NCBI GenBank assembly: GCA_030429735.1
Contig: JAUIET010000014.1
Location: 6,252 to 70,251 of the forward strand
Length of the DNA stretch: 64,000 nucleotides
Reading direction: 5' to 3'
Source: Gammaproteobacteria bacterium
GTDB taxonomy: Bacteria; Pseudomonadota; Gammaproteobacteria; Pseudomonadales; JAUIET01
Position 1 is the stretch's first letter; each line of letters opens with the position of its first letter. Below, one piece after another: positions 53,601 to 63,140 of the stretch. The notes under the pieces were generated by a model. That model did no database searches, was not told where the DNA came from, and worked only from the letters and a program-made list of their open reading frames with translations. The translations under genes and the position numbers were made by a program.

Positions 53601-55621
53601 ACAATGGCCAAAACGCTCTACGTCTGTTTGAGGAACACGACGTAGACGTTGTGCTACTTGACGTCGAAATGCCGGACATGGACGGCTTTGAGGTATGCGC
53701 GACACTGCGCTCAAGCGATAGAGGAACCTACACACCAATCATCATGATGACTGGCCGCAATGATGTCGACGCTATCAATAAGGCCTACGATTTTGGCGCA
53801 ACCGACTTTAGTACAAAGCCCATCCATCCTGAGTTGCTGTGCCAGCGAGTACTTTATATTCACCGCGCGCAACACGCCATGGTGGAAGTGCGCGAAAACG
53901 CGAGGCGTCTGAAGGCGGCCCAACAAGCAGCCAAACTGGGGTATTGGGAATGGCGTAGTGCTGATTCCACGGGCTTCATCAGCGAAGAAATGCTGGGCTT
54001 TTTCGGCCATACCAATGACAGTTATTCGGGTGACCCGCGTGACTTGATCAAGCTGCTGGAAGAGTCGCAGCAGGCGCCCTTTCTGCAGCTGCTGCAGAAC
54101 GGTGAAATCGATCAGCGAACCAAACACATGGAACTGCATGTAACCTTGAGCAACGGCGAACAGCGCTACCTCCAACAGCAGGTTGAAATGATTCCGGACA
54201 GCGGTAGTCTGCTCGGAACGGTACTCGATATTACCGAAAAACGGCAAGCAGAAAACAAGATTTTTAACCTCGCAAACCTCGACGCTGTAACCGGCCTGCC
54301 AAATCGCAACATGCTGGTCTCACAACTCGATGGCCTGATTAATCGATACAGTCGCGACAACAAATCCTTTGCAATTATCACCGTGCAGTTTTGTGAGCTC
54401 AGGAGAGTCAGGGATACTTACGGGCCAAATGTTGTTCAGTCTCTGGTAAAGATTGCCGTGGATCGATTACAAACGGATGTGCGAAGCTCTGACCTGATCA
54501 TGAGCAACGCAAGCAGTGAGAGCGCCATACCGGGCTGGAACGGTATAATGCATTTGTCAGATGACGAGTTTGTTGTGATCCTCCACGACTTACGCAAACC
54601 CTCAGACGCGGCGTCATTGGCGGATCGTCTGGCCGACACACTCACCGACAGTTACGATGTAGATAACCACATCATATTCCTGTACGCGAAAGCGGGTATC
54701 GTTCTCTATCCGGAAAATGGCGTTGATTCTGAATCGCTTCTTCGAAACTCAACGGCAGCCCTGAAGCAGGCAAAAGACCTGAATGCCGGAAATTACCACT
54801 TTTATTCAGAGACCCAGAACGAAAAGGCAGTGGAAATTCTGGCGCTTGAGAGCGAGCTTAGAAAGGCGATTCTCGACAAGCCATTCGAGCTCTATTACCA
54901 GCCAAAGGTACACAACAGCAGCCTGCAACCATACGGAGCTGAGGCACTGATACGCTGGATACATCCCGAGAGAGGTTTTATTTCCCCCGCTACCTTTATT
55001 CCACTTGCCGAAGACATGGGCCTGATGGCCGACATCGGTACCTGGGTACTGGAGCAAGCTATAAAACAATGCGCACAGTGGCAGAAACAGGGCATTATTG
55101 ACCTGGTCGTATCTGTAAACGTTGCGCCTCAGCAGCTGTACTCTACTGATTTGCCGGCTTTATGCAGCGAATTACTCACGGAGTACTCAGTCGCCCCTCA
55201 CCTTATTGAACTTGAAATCACCGAAGGCAGTTTGATTGAGGATGTGGAGCACAGCGTGCAAACTCTTGCCCAATTGAAGAATATTGGGGTATCAATAGCG
55301 CTGGATGACTTTGGTACCGGCTACTCATCATTGAGCTATCTGAAGAAATTCTGGCTGGACGTGCTAAAGATCGACCAATCGTTTATTCGCGACTTATTGG
55401 TTGAACCACAAGACGCTGCTATCGTAGAGTCCACAATTAACCTGGCACACAAACTGGGCATGACAGTGGTTGCAGAAGGCGTGGAAGAGGTAGAACACTT
55501 GCGCTGGCTGACTGAACACGGTTGTGATGCCACCCAGGGTTATTACTTCAGCCCACCGCTTAGCGCTGGAAAATTTGAAGCGTGGCTGGCCGAGTTTAAT
55601 CCGAAAAAACGCTCGGCTTGA
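50645..55621 (+). CDS. 1658-aa sensor: periplasmic (CHASE-like) domain-HAMP-HisKA-HATPase-REC-REC-HPt-REC-PAS-GGDEF(degenerate)-EAL
   Basis: Two TMs; [14 protein letters not shown] (HAMP); MSHEIRTP; GGTGLGL; REC motifs LLDQNMP, LMDCQMP and LLDVEMP; HPt THPLKST; HLSDDEF; EALIRW and [13 protein letters not shown] overlap with the YfiR gene. Confidence 0.92.
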   Translation: MSLTKSNHSIAAKLHRIVFFTLASLLFAVLVSNLILDGASEQAAVKKRLQAAASLVAENSATAMYFDDRSEAQRVLNSLDAVADIRQGILYDVHGQIYAEFRKSDMVADDQRFTASTPIAPLGRFIDRSVTVDVTIDDIELGQLYIQSGLNGFRQVLHWNLRLSAAIFLIIMLFGIRMSNRLERAITNPILTLVKDMNALANSRNFSYRVAKHSEDETGDLVDGFNRLLDQIQARDESLADHQKSLESTVERRTKELSALNEQLHDNMRMLTEAKEQAESASEAKSEFLANMSHEIRTPINGVLGMTELLQNTPMNDKQHYFAETIHTSAKSLLNIINDILDFSKIEAGSLSMESIPFHFGRLIEDCAAIMAGQAHKKNIELITDIPADEQFIVMGDPHRLGQVLNNFISNAIKFTEEGEVVVALNSLHKEDGLQTIQCQVFDTGIGMSESVLGEIFESFRQADGSTTRLYGGTGLGLSITKQLIELMGGTIEVSSTPGIGSTFSFQLTLPVAEGSHDLDANNFSLEGLHVLIVDDNETNRDILAHLASTWKMSFAIAENGQQAIDILASPSGQYLELVLLDQNMPYMDGIQVAGWIEQNLPHLAVIMLSSIDGVGDETAELSCVYSAITKPVRHTELFSAIASLVVQQEASEEIQQAEAVLPVAQHYDGRDARLLVAEDNLINQEVVLGMLEQFACTVELVENGADALTRRFEKEYDLILMDCQMPVLDGYAATEQIRQQEVEQGLDAIPIIALTANVLKGDREKCINAGMSDFLSKPFEQNDLYRVINTWLPEQDLRPRNAANDELEDETQRRLVSSVDATAIDKLRTLQRPGQPDIVKKLVGNFLDTIAASLSDIQEAFIDGDGNRIHQYTHPLKSTAATLGAHHLAELLTRIDDTCRQGSIAGCSVLLQDVEEEVQLVCSELAPYATSEEKNTVVGDHATTEAESLPYADNGLALIVDDDANMRLVARGALENAQFSVIEADNGQNALRLFEEHDVDVVLLDVEMPDMDGFEVCATLRSSDRGTYTPIIMMTGRNDVDAINKAYDFGATDFSTKPIHPELLCQRVLYIHRAQHAMVEVRENARRLKAAQQAAKLGYWEWRSADSTGFISEEMLGFFGHTNDSYSGDPRDLIKLLEESQQAPFLQLLQNGEIDQRTKHMELHVTLSNGEQRYLQQQVEMIPDSGSLLGTVLDITEKRQAENKIFNLANLDAVTGLPNRNMLVSQLDGLINRYSRDNKSFAIITVQFCELRRVRDTYGPNVVQSLVKIAVDRLQTDVRSSDLIMSNASSESAIPGWNGIMHLSDDEFVVILHDLRKPSDAASLADRLADTLTDSYDVDNHIIFLYAKAGIVLYPENGVDSESLLRNSTAALKQAKDLNAGNYHFYSETQNEKAVEILALESELRKAILDKPFELYYQPKVHNSSLQPYGAEALIRWIHPERGFISPATFIPLAEDMGLMADIGTWVLEQAIKQCAQWQKQGIIDLVVSVNVAPQQLYSTDLPALCSELLTEYSVAPHLIELEITEGSLIEDVEHSVQTLAQLKNIGVSIALDDFGTGYSSLSYLKKFWLDVLKIDQSFIRDLLVEPQDAAIVESTINLAHKLGMTVVAEGVEEVEHLRWLTEHGCDATQGYYFSPPLSAGKFEAWLAEFNPKKRSA

Positions 55622-55636
55622 GCGACAGTCAGGGAA

Positions 55637-56980
55637 TCATACATCAAGCCCATGTTTACGTAGACACGTGCGTAGGCTTTCCAGCTTTACTGGTTTTGCT
55701 AGAAAGTCCGACATGCCGGCGGCAACACAACGACGGCGTTCTTCTTCCAACACATTCGCCGTCATTGCAATAATATGTGGCGCGTGATCCATCTTCTCCA
55801 GTATTTCTTGGCAAGCGTCAATGCCATTGGTTCTTGGCATTTGCAAGTCCATGAGCACAATATCGAAGCGCCCTTCACACGCCAGCTGCACGGCTTGTGC
55901 TCCGTCAATCGCAATGCACACCTGGCAACCCAGTTTCTCCAGCATTCGCTGGGCAATCATTTGATTGATATCATTGTCCTCTGCAACCAACACGCGTGGT
56001 TGCGCGCTCTCGGTGGCAAAGCCCGAATCGCTTATGGCACGCATAGGCATGACTTGGTCGCTAACCGCAGGCAATGGCAGCCTAACGATAAAAGCACTGC
56101 CGACGCCAATACGTGATTCCACCTCAATGCCGCCATCCATTTCGTCGACCAACTTCTTGACCAGAGCCAGGCCAAGCCCGGTTTGCTGTGAACCGTCAAC
56201 CACAATACTGCTGCCCATTTTATAGGCTTCGAATACAGATTCACGCTCAGCCAGTGGTATACCGGGGCCGTCGTCACGAACAGTAAAAGCAATGACTCCA
56301 GGGTTGCCGGGATCTTTCTCAACCGACAAATTCACTGAGCCTTGCGATGTAAACTTAATTGCATTGCCAAGCAGATTAAGTAGAATTTGCGACAATCTAA
56401 GCGCATCACACTGCACCTTTTCTGGCACTTCCGGGTCTATTTGATAGTCAAGCTTCGCCCCATTGACATTGGAAAAGCGTACAATTCGAAAGCAGGTTTC
56501 GACCGTATCGCCAAGGCGTGTAACACGATGTTCAGGCGTACCTTGCAAATCGTCTGGTTTGTTGATCGTAACAATATTCTCTACCACGTCACTGGCACTT
56601 TGCGCCGACTGCTCTAATTGAGCCAGTTCACGCAATTGCCTTGGCGACGACAACTGTTTACGCAGCTCGCTAACACCTGCCAATACGGCAGTGATTGGAT
56701 TTCGCACCTCATGACTTAATACTCGAACATAGGTAATCAGTGTTTGCCGGCTCTGCTCCGCCTGCTCCCGTTCCAATCTGACCGCCAAGCGGATCTTGTT
56801 GAGCAAAGCAATTGCGATCATTAACAGTAACGACATCACAACAAACAATGCGCCCAAAGCAATTGCCATGGTGGCGGAACTTTCGGCTAAAAATATTGCT
56901 ATCAACGCAAGCACGCACAACGTGACCACCGCTATTGCGGCAAGCTGATTCAATTGACGAAAATAATGATCCACTATCAT
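55637..56980 (-). CDS. hybrid histidine kinase (2 TM, HisKA-HATPase-REC)
   Basis: LSHEVRNP, NLLGNAIKF, DDGPGI, TGLGL and REC LMDLQMP motifs. Confidence 0.9.
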   Translation of the reverse strand: MIVDHYFRQLNQLAAIAVVTLCVLALIAIFLAESSATMAIALGALFVVMSLLLMIAIALLNKIRLAVRLEREQAEQSRQTLITYVRVLSHEVRNPITAVLAGVSELRKQLSSPRQLRELAQLEQSAQSASDVVENIVTINKPDDLQGTPEHRVTRLGDTVETCFRIVRFSNVNGAKLDYQIDPEVPEKVQCDALRLSQILLNLLGNAIKFTSQGSVNLSVEKDPGNPGVIAFTVRDDGPGIPLAERESVFEAYKMGSSIVVDGSQQTGLGLALVKKLVDEMDGGIEVESRIGVGSAFIVRLPLPAVSDQVMPMRAISDSGFATESAQPRVLVAEDNDINQMIAQRMLEKLGCQVCIAIDGAQAVQLACEGRFDIVLMDLQMPRTNGIDACQEILEKMDHAPHIIAMTANVLEEERRRCVAAGMSDFLAKPVKLESLRTCLRKHGLDV

Positions 56981-57013
56981 CCCGTTACTTCTTGCTCGAC
57001 CACTAATCGCACA

Positions 57014-57688
57014 TTAATGCAACCTAACAGTAGGCCCAATGGGCATAAAATCACCAGGGTTTTTGTTTGCTGCATTATTCACCTTGGTGGACAACGGGGT
57101 GACTAAGAGAGGTGCGTAGCAACCTGGTAAAAAACCTGAGAACGATAAGGACAATTCCTGACTGTCGTCCAGCCAAAGCGTCGTCTCGGTCGCGCTAAGC
57201 ATCACCGGCATCCTGCTGTGAATAGGCTCAAAAGCAGGATTGGCCGCCTTGGTAACAATTGCGCACGACAAGATATTCTCGTTATTGATTACAGTGCGTT
57301 CGAACACCGCCGCAAATGCGATGGCCGATGCCTCTAATTGAATTTGCTGTGCTTGCTTGCCACTATCTGTTTTTTGCCATTCAATAAATGAGCTGGCAGG
57401 AACCACCCCTCGTTGTCGTTGAAACGGCTTCGCAAATGCACGACTTGAGAGCAAATTCTCGCTGCGTGCATTAAACATTGAATACCTGGTGTTGATCTCC
57501 TTCGCCCAGCTGGGCAGCAACCACCACCGAGCGTCCTGTACTGTACGCGTACCATTATCCTCAAAAATCAAGGAAACAGGCTCAGTCGGGGCAATATTCA
57601 TTCGCGTTTGCAAATGAAGGTCTACATCCAGACTCTCGAGCAGACCGGCCAGAAATGGGTCATCCACAATATTAAACCGACCGCACAT
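57014..57688 (-). CDS. SOS response-associated peptidase (SRAP/YedK/HMCES family, abasic-site protection)
   Basis: N-terminal MCGRF; NIAPT, FNARSE, FIEW and IHSRMPV motifs. Confidence 0.93.
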   Translation of the reverse strand: MCGRFNIVDDPFLAGLLESLDVDLHLQTRMNIAPTEPVSLIFEDNGTRTVQDARWWLLPSWAKEINTRYSMFNARSENLLSSRAFAKPFQRQRGVVPASSFIEWQKTDSGKQAQQIQLEASAIAFAAVFERTVINNENILSCAIVTKAANPAFEPIHSRMPVMLSATETTLWLDDSQELSLSFSGFLPGCYAPLLVTPLSTKVNNAANKNPGDFMPIGPTVRLH

Positions 57689-57822
57689 GCGTCTATTCCA
57701 CTGCTGCTATCACTCCTCGCAATATACCCGAATATCGAGCAATTGCCATACGGCGCTATCGTCGTGTCTGGGCTTCCGGTAAACTACGCGACTGCGAATT
57801 ATCATGAAGTGATGCCAGAAAT

Positions 57823-58956
57823 ATGCCACTGAACACCATTGAAGAGATCATTGACGACATACGCCTGGGCAAGATGGTCATTCTCATGGACGATGAAAGT
57901 CGTGAGAATGAAGGCGATTTGATCATTGCCGCCGATGTGGTCACGCCTGAGCATGTTACATTTTTTGCCCGGCACGCCTGCGGTCTGGTATGCCTGACCA
58001 TCACCGAACAACGCGCCAGACAATTGAAGATCACCCACATGGTGCGTGACAATGGCTCGCAACACGAGACCAATTTTACTGTGTCCATTGAAGCCGCCGA
58101 AGGCATCAGTACCGGCATCTCCGCTGCTGACCGCGCCAAAACAATTCGCACAGCAGTTGCAAAACGGGCCGAGCCTGAAGACATTGTTACACCTGGCCAT
58201 GTATTTCCAATTATCGCGAAGCCTGGTGGCGTTCTGACTCGTGCCGGTCACACTGAAGCCGGTTGCGATCTTGCCCGCCTTGCGGGTTATGAGCCCGCGG
58301 CGGTCATTGTGGAAATCATGAACGAAGACGGCACAATGGCCAAACGGGCCCAACTGGAACAGTTTGCAGCCAAGCACGAACTTAAAATTGGCACGATCGC
58401 AGATTTAATACAATATCGCACACTGAACGAACAGACGATTGAGAAGCTATCCGAAAAAGACATCACAACAGAATACGGCGACTTCAAGCTGGTTACGTAT
58501 CGCGACCAGATCTACAAAGAAGTGCATCTCGCGTTGGTAAAAGGTGAGATTAGCGAAGACATGCCCAGCTATGTGCGGGTTCAACCTGTAAATACCTTAC
58601 GCGATGTACTGGGTGCAACTCGCCCTGACCACTCGCCAAGCTGGTCTGTTAGCAGCTCGTTGAAGAAAATACACAAAGAGGGCAGAGGCGTTCTGGTACT
58701 GGTGGGCCGACCAGATAGCTCAGACGAACTACTGGCTCAGGTTGACGCATTCCCGGAAGTACCACAAATTCTCAGGCCCCCCAGTGAAGAAGGGATGGCA
58801 GTTTACCGGGTGATTGGGACAGCCTCTCAGATACTTCGCGATCTGAAAGTGGGTAAGATGATGCTGCTGAGCTCGCCGGTACGGGTTAACGCCATATCCG
58901 GTTTTAAGCTTGAAGTGGTTGACTATGTGGAGCCAGAACAGGACTTCGCTGAGTAG
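57823..58956 (+). CDS. ribB: 3,4-dihydroxy-2-butanone-4-phosphate synthase fused to degenerate GTP cyclohydrolase II-like domain (RibBX type)
   Basis: DDESRENEGD, FTVSIE, PGHVFP and RAGHTE motifs; the C-terminal domain has RVQPVNTLRD and lacks the GCH II zinc cysteines. Confidence 0.9.
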   Translation: MPLNTIEEIIDDIRLGKMVILMDDESRENEGDLIIAADVVTPEHVTFFARHACGLVCLTITEQRARQLKITHMVRDNGSQHETNFTVSIEAAEGISTGISAADRAKTIRTAVAKRAEPEDIVTPGHVFPIIAKPGGVLTRAGHTEAGCDLARLAGYEPAAVIVEIMNEDGTMAKRAQLEQFAAKHELKIGTIADLIQYRTLNEQTIEKLSEKDITTEYGDFKLVTYRDQIYKEVHLALVKGEISEDMPSYVRVQPVNTLRDVLGATRPDHSPSWSVSSSLKKIHKEGRGVLVLVGRPDSSDELLAQVDAFPEVPQILRPPSEEGMAVYRVIGTASQILRDLKVGKMMLLSSPVRVNAISGFKLEVVDYVEPEQDFAE

Positions 58957-58990
58957 CACCTGTTTGCATACCAGTTCTTAACACTCACTG

Positions 58991-60031
58991 CTAAGCGGAT
59001 CTGGAACGGCGATATTGTGCAGGCGATATCTCGGCCCATTGAATGAAGGCTCGCCGAAAATTGGATGGGTCAGCAAAGCCCAGCACATCTGCAATATCAG
59101 CCACGCTAAGATTAGTAGATTCCAGATACTCCCCAGCCAGTTTGAAACGCACGTCATTAAACACCTCCTGGAAAGACGTGCCCTCGGCGGTTAGCTTACG
59201 CCGCAGCGTGCGCTCGCTCATGTGTAACATCGAGGCAAGCTCAGCAATACGTGGAAAATCTCCGTGATGTTCCAATAACAATTTTTGCACCTGCCTGGCC
59301 AGCCCCTGCCGCTGGGTCATCGTGCGCAACATCTCCGCGCATTGCTGCTGGTACATGCGCGCTGCGGCCGGATTGGCCGACGGCAAGGGTTTGGAAAGAA
59401 GTTCCACCGGCACTCTCAGCTGACATTGAGATTGCGAGAACGTGGGTGCCTGATGAAACACTTCAATATAACGATTAAGGTAGGATGGTGCCGGATAGTC
59501 AAAACAGAGTTCTGCCCAATCCGGATCCTCGTTCAGCAGAAAACTGACCGTGGTGTATACACTGGCGAATAATACTTCCTTGGCGAATATTTGCGAGTTT
59601 GCCTGGTCACTCGCAAGCCGCGCTTCCAACACTGCCGTGTCGCCTTCAAGACGGTATTCCAGCCTCAGGTCTGAATGATTGATTGAATGGTACTTCAACC
59701 ACACCTGCACGAGCTCGTAGACGTTCGAGCAGCTCATCAACGCAAAACCGAGAATACCGTGTGTGTTGGTATTCAACCTGCGCCCAAACTGCAATCCCAG
59801 GTCGGGCTCGTCATAAAGGCGCTGAGCGTTGGCAATCAAGGTCTGCATATGTTGCTTGCGAACAAGCTGTTCGCCATTTAGCAGACGGTTCCAATCCAGG
59901 CCGGTACCCTGTAGTACAGCTTCAGCGCTTATTTGTTTGCCCTGAAGCAAGCGAATCAGTTCTGCCGCATAGCGATTTCCAATCATCAGCATTTTCCCGT
60001 GCTCATCTCTGGGCTGGCCCCAGTTGGTCAA
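58991..60031 (-). CDS. AraC family transcriptional regulator
   Basis: THGILGFALMS N-terminal domain; HTH SERTLRRKL and LGFADPSNFRRAF. Confidence 0.92.
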   Translation of the reverse strand: MTNWGQPRDEHGKMLMIGNRYAAELIRLLQGKQISAEAVLQGTGLDWNRLLNGEQLVRKQHMQTLIANAQRLYDEPDLGLQFGRRLNTNTHGILGFALMSCSNVYELVQVWLKYHSINHSDLRLEYRLEGDTAVLEARLASDQANSQIFAKEVLFASVYTTVSFLLNEDPDWAELCFDYPAPSYLNRYIEVFHQAPTFSQSQCQLRVPVELLSKPLPSANPAAARMYQQQCAEMLRTMTQRQGLARQVQKLLLEHHGDFPRIAELASMLHMSERTLRRKLTAEGTSFQEVFNDVRFKLAGEYLESTNLSVADIADVLGFADPSNFRRAFIQWAEISPAQYRRSRSA

Positions 60032-60516
60032 CCCGAATGCAAAAGTAGATCATCTTTGCTCACTACAACACCGTTGTTGTCTGCATACAAGTAATGGCCC
60101 GTCACAAACCGAACACCACCGAAGTGAACGTCGCACCCTCGCTGCCCCTCACCGCGTTTTTCGGTTTTTAATGGACAGCAACCCAACGCCTTCACCCCTA
60201 TGCCAAGAGCATCTAAATCATCAACGTCGCGGACTGCGCCATTGAAAACCAGTCCGCTCCAGCCATGTTTGACAGCGGATAACGCAATTTGATCCCCTAA
60301 TAGTGCTCTTCTTAACGAAGCACCTCCATCAACCACCAACACTTTTCCCTGACCTGGCTCGGCCAGGGCCTGCTTGACCAGGGAATTGTCCTCAAAGCAC
60401 TTGATTGTCTCTATTTGGCCACTGAAGCGCGCGTGCTGACCAAAGCTGCGAAATTGCAGTTCACAAGCGTGCACGTTGTTGGGAAATTCGTCGCATATAT
60501 CCGGCGTTGAGAGCAT
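60028..60516 (-). CDS. rraA: RraA family protein (regulator of RNase E / HMG aldolase-like)
   Basis: TPDICD, CFEDNSLV, VVDGGAS, ALLGD, GAVRD and YADNNG motifs; ATG 60516. Confidence 0.9.
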   Translation of the reverse strand: MLSTPDICDEFPNNVHACELQFRSFGQHARFSGQIETIKCFEDNSLVKQALAEPGQGKVLVVDGGASLRRALLGDQIALSAVKHGWSGLVFNGAVRDVDDLDALGIGVKALGCCPLKTEKRGEGQRGCDVHFGGVRFVTGHYLYADNNGVVVSKDDLLLHSG

Positions 60517-60630
60517 GTTTTGGCATCCTGTGTGGGGGTGGGTTACTGTCTGAAAAACCTGTTCTGGGCCAGGCATTCACAAAATAGCGCGTTGGAATAA
60601 GTCTATCAATGGACTGTGTATTCCCAAGAT

Positions 60631-60665
60631 TTATAATTATAATTACTAACATTCGCAACATGAAT
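60631..60665. promoter_or_regulatory. candidate LysR box in the divergent rraA/LysR promoter
   Basis: ATTC-N7-GAAT (T-N11-A) at 60651-60665 and TTATAATTATAA palindrome at 60631-60642. Confidence 0.45.
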
Positions 60666-60690
60666 AGAGACGCCCGTCTCTGGCAACACT

Positions 60691-61653
60691 ATGAATCTTG
60701 CAAAGCTGGATCTGAACCTGCTGGTGTACCTGGAAGTTCTTTTAAGGGAAAGGAACGTGACCCGCGCCGCCGAACAATTGAATATTACCCAACCAGCCAT
60801 GAGTAATGGCCTGAAGCGGCTGCGAACAATGCTTGGCGATCCTATCCTGGTGCGCACTTCCAGCGGCATGGAACCCACTGAATATGCCATTGAAATCCAG
60901 CCGCTGCTGCGTGCTTTTATCGCGAACGCAGAAGAGATTGTGCACAACAAAGACACCTTCGATGCCGCACGCAGCGCCCGTGTGTTCCGCATTATGGCCA
61001 GTGACTACGCCGAATCAACCTTGCTGCCGGCAGTTCTTGGCAAACTGAGTAAACAGGCACCCGACATCGTGCTTGATATCCTAACGCCCAGCGATGTCGT
61101 TTTCGAAGACATAGAGCACGGCCGTGTTGATATGGCAATCAACCGCTTCGACGATATGCCTCAATCGCTTCATCAGCAAACGCTGTGGCAGGACACATTC
61201 TCCTGTTTGATGAGTGCCAGGAACGAAGCATTGAATGATTGGTCACTGGAGACCTACCTGAATGCCCGCCACGTATGGGTCAGCAAAACGGGTATGGGTA
61301 TTGGTGTGGGGATGAGCCCTGATCGAATCCAGCGACTCGGCTGGGTGGATGAAGCACTGTCGCAGCTTGGCGCCAGGCGCACAATTAAAGTCTTCACACG
61401 CCATTATCAGGTGGCCGGTTTGCTGGCTGGCCAGGACGACTTAATCATCACTCTGCCGACTAAAGCGGCCAATCTTCATCAGCGCAGCGCAGATGTGGTC
61501 GCCCTGCCCCCGCCATTCGAGATAAAGCCCATTTCGCTAACCATGGCATGGGGGCCCTTATTGCAGCATAATGCAGCGCATAAATGGCTGCGCAAGCTGA
61601 TTGTGGCAACAGCCTTTGAACGTACGACAGACAGCAAGACCGAGGTAACATAA
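60691..61653 (+). CDS. LysR family transcriptional regulator
   Basis: DLNLLVYLEVLLRERNVTRAAEQLNITQPAMSNGLKRLR HTH and substrate-binding domain. Confidence 0.95.
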   Translation: MNLAKLDLNLLVYLEVLLRERNVTRAAEQLNITQPAMSNGLKRLRTMLGDPILVRTSSGMEPTEYAIEIQPLLRAFIANAEEIVHNKDTFDAARSARVFRIMASDYAESTLLPAVLGKLSKQAPDIVLDILTPSDVVFEDIEHGRVDMAINRFDDMPQSLHQQTLWQDTFSCLMSARNEALNDWSLETYLNARHVWVSKTGMGIGVGMSPDRIQRLGWVDEALSQLGARRTIKVFTRHYQVAGLLAGQDDLIITLPTKAANLHQRSADVVALPPPFEIKPISLTMAWGPLLQHNAAHKWLRKLIVATAFERTTDSKTEVT

Positions 61654-62072
61654 TGGCGGCTAAGCGAAAGACAGCGGCTGGAAAGCGAAGCACAAGCGGC
61701 AGAAAGAAAAACACTGGTGCAAGGAAACAAGACACCTTTATCGAGCAAGCCATCGCCAACATTGAAGAACGCGCCAAAAAAGAAATCGATGATTTGCGCG
61801 AACGCATTGAAGGTGGCATAGAAGACATGAGCACTCGAGCCAATCAGCGCACCAGCAAGCTTGAGGAAGCGTTCGATAAACGTGTCGCGCAGGCGTACAA
61901 TCGATTAGGCCTGCCTTCAAAAGCGGACATCGTATTGCTTGAGGCGAAGATCGACAAACTACAGAAAACAGTGACGGCATTGAAACGGGGTTCGGCGAAA
62001 CCGGCTGCAGCCACAACACGAAAAACAAGCAGTAAGAAGAAGCCGGCACCCACCGCCAAAAAGAAACGCTAA
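61653..62072 (+). CDS. phasin / PHA granule-associated protein (PhaF/PhaI-like) with Lys/Ala-rich tails
   Basis: KLEEAFDKRVAQAYNRLGLPSKADI motif; basic N- and C-termini; TAATG overlap with LysR. Confidence 0.8.
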   Translation: MAAKRKTAAGKRSTSGRKKNTGARKQDTFIEQAIANIEERAKKEIDDLRERIEGGIEDMSTRANQRTSKLEEAFDKRVAQAYNRLGLPSKADIVLLEAKIDKLQKTVTALKRGSAKPAAATTRKTSSKKKPAPTAKKKR

Positions 62073-62692
62073 AGGTAGCCTTGCGCCAGCGCTTTTACAT
62101 CGTCTTTGCTGTCATCCGCCAGGTAGGGCACCAGCAGACTGACTACCTGGTAGGCACAATCAGCCAGATCGGGTTGAAAATGATCCATTTTTTTGGCGCA
62201 AATGCGTTGATAGTTCAGCCAAAATGTCATGGTCATGGTCATGTGCTCGACCAATGACGCAATGTCAGCATCACTGGCCTGCAATTCAGACTCATTATCC
62301 AATGCCTCACAAAGAACCCTAAGCGACTGACGCTGCTTTGCAAGAATTGCGTTAAACCGACGTTGCAAGGCCGGGAAGCGGGTGAGTAAATCGGCCACGT
62401 CGCGAAACAGGAATAAATAGCGCGCCATTGTTTCAAAGCTGAACTGCAAATAAGCCCACATGTTCAGCAACGGTGAATCAAGCGGCGCTTGCGTGATTTG
62501 CAGCTCCAGCAACTCCTGCTCAAAATCTGCAAACAGCTCGGCAATGATCGAATCTTTGCCCTTAAAATGGTAATACAAATTACCCGGGCTGATATCCAGT
62601 TCAGTGGCAATGTGCAGTGTTGTGACGTTAGGTTCGCCCTCTTCATTGAACAGCGCGAGGCTGCAGTGCAGAATTCGGTCGCGTGTCTTCAC
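62069..62692 (-). CDS. TetR family regulator, PhaD-like
   Basis: KTRDRIL...FNEEGEPNVTTLHIATELDISPGNLYYHFKGK resembles Pseudomonas PhaD; adjacent to the phasin gene. Confidence 0.85.
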   Translation of the reverse strand: MKTRDRILHCSLALFNEEGEPNVTTLHIATELDISPGNLYYHFKGKDSIIAELFADFEQELLELQITQAPLDSPLLNMWAYLQFSFETMARYLFLFRDVADLLTRFPALQRRFNAILAKQRQSLRVLCEALDNESELQASDADIASLVEHMTMTMTFWLNYQRICAKKMDHFQPDLADCAYQVVSLLVPYLADDSKDDVKALAQGYL

Positions 62693-63126
62693 ACTGCATC
62701 GACAACCAACGATGAGCCATCGACCGATTTAACTATCACTTTGCTACCTGCTGGCAGATCCGGCCCAACAATCCGCCATGAGCTATCGTCAACCTTGACT
62801 CGCCCCGTACCATTTTTTACCGGTTCATCAAGCACGAACTCACGACCAAGATATTGCTCACCGCGGCGGTTTAGTGTGGTCGGCTCAGACCTATCCACGC
62901 TGCGAAACAATCGACGACCGACAATAACGCTAACGATCGACAATACCGCAAACGCAATCAACTGAAGCTGCCAGCTGAGCGCAGGCACCAACATCAACAC
63001 CAGCCCCAGCACGGCTGCCGCGGCACCAATCCAGATAAAAAACGCAGCGGGGGCGAACAACTCCAACAGCAGCAATAGCATGGCCAGAACCAGCCAATGC
63101 CAAAAAACCAAACCGGCAGCAAACAT
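62689..63126 (-). CDS. NfeD family membrane protein (YbbJ-like)
   Basis: TM segments with ELFAP; LNRRGEQYLG and GRVKVDDSSW OB-fold motifs; follows the SPFH gene. Confidence 0.9.
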   Translation of the reverse strand: MFAAGLVFWHWLVLAMLLLLLELFAPAAFFIWIGAAAAVLGLVLMLVPALSWQLQLIAFAVLSIVSVIVGRRLFRSVDRSEPTTLNRRGEQYLGREFVLDEPVKNGTGRVKVDDSSWRIVGPDLPAGSKVIVKSVDGSSLVVDAV

Positions 63127-63140
63127 GTTGAATCCTCGCG

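Noticed and set aside
57689-57822. FMN riboswitch upstream of ribB
   Set aside because: Conserved RFN sequence blocks are not visible in the short divergent intergenic region.
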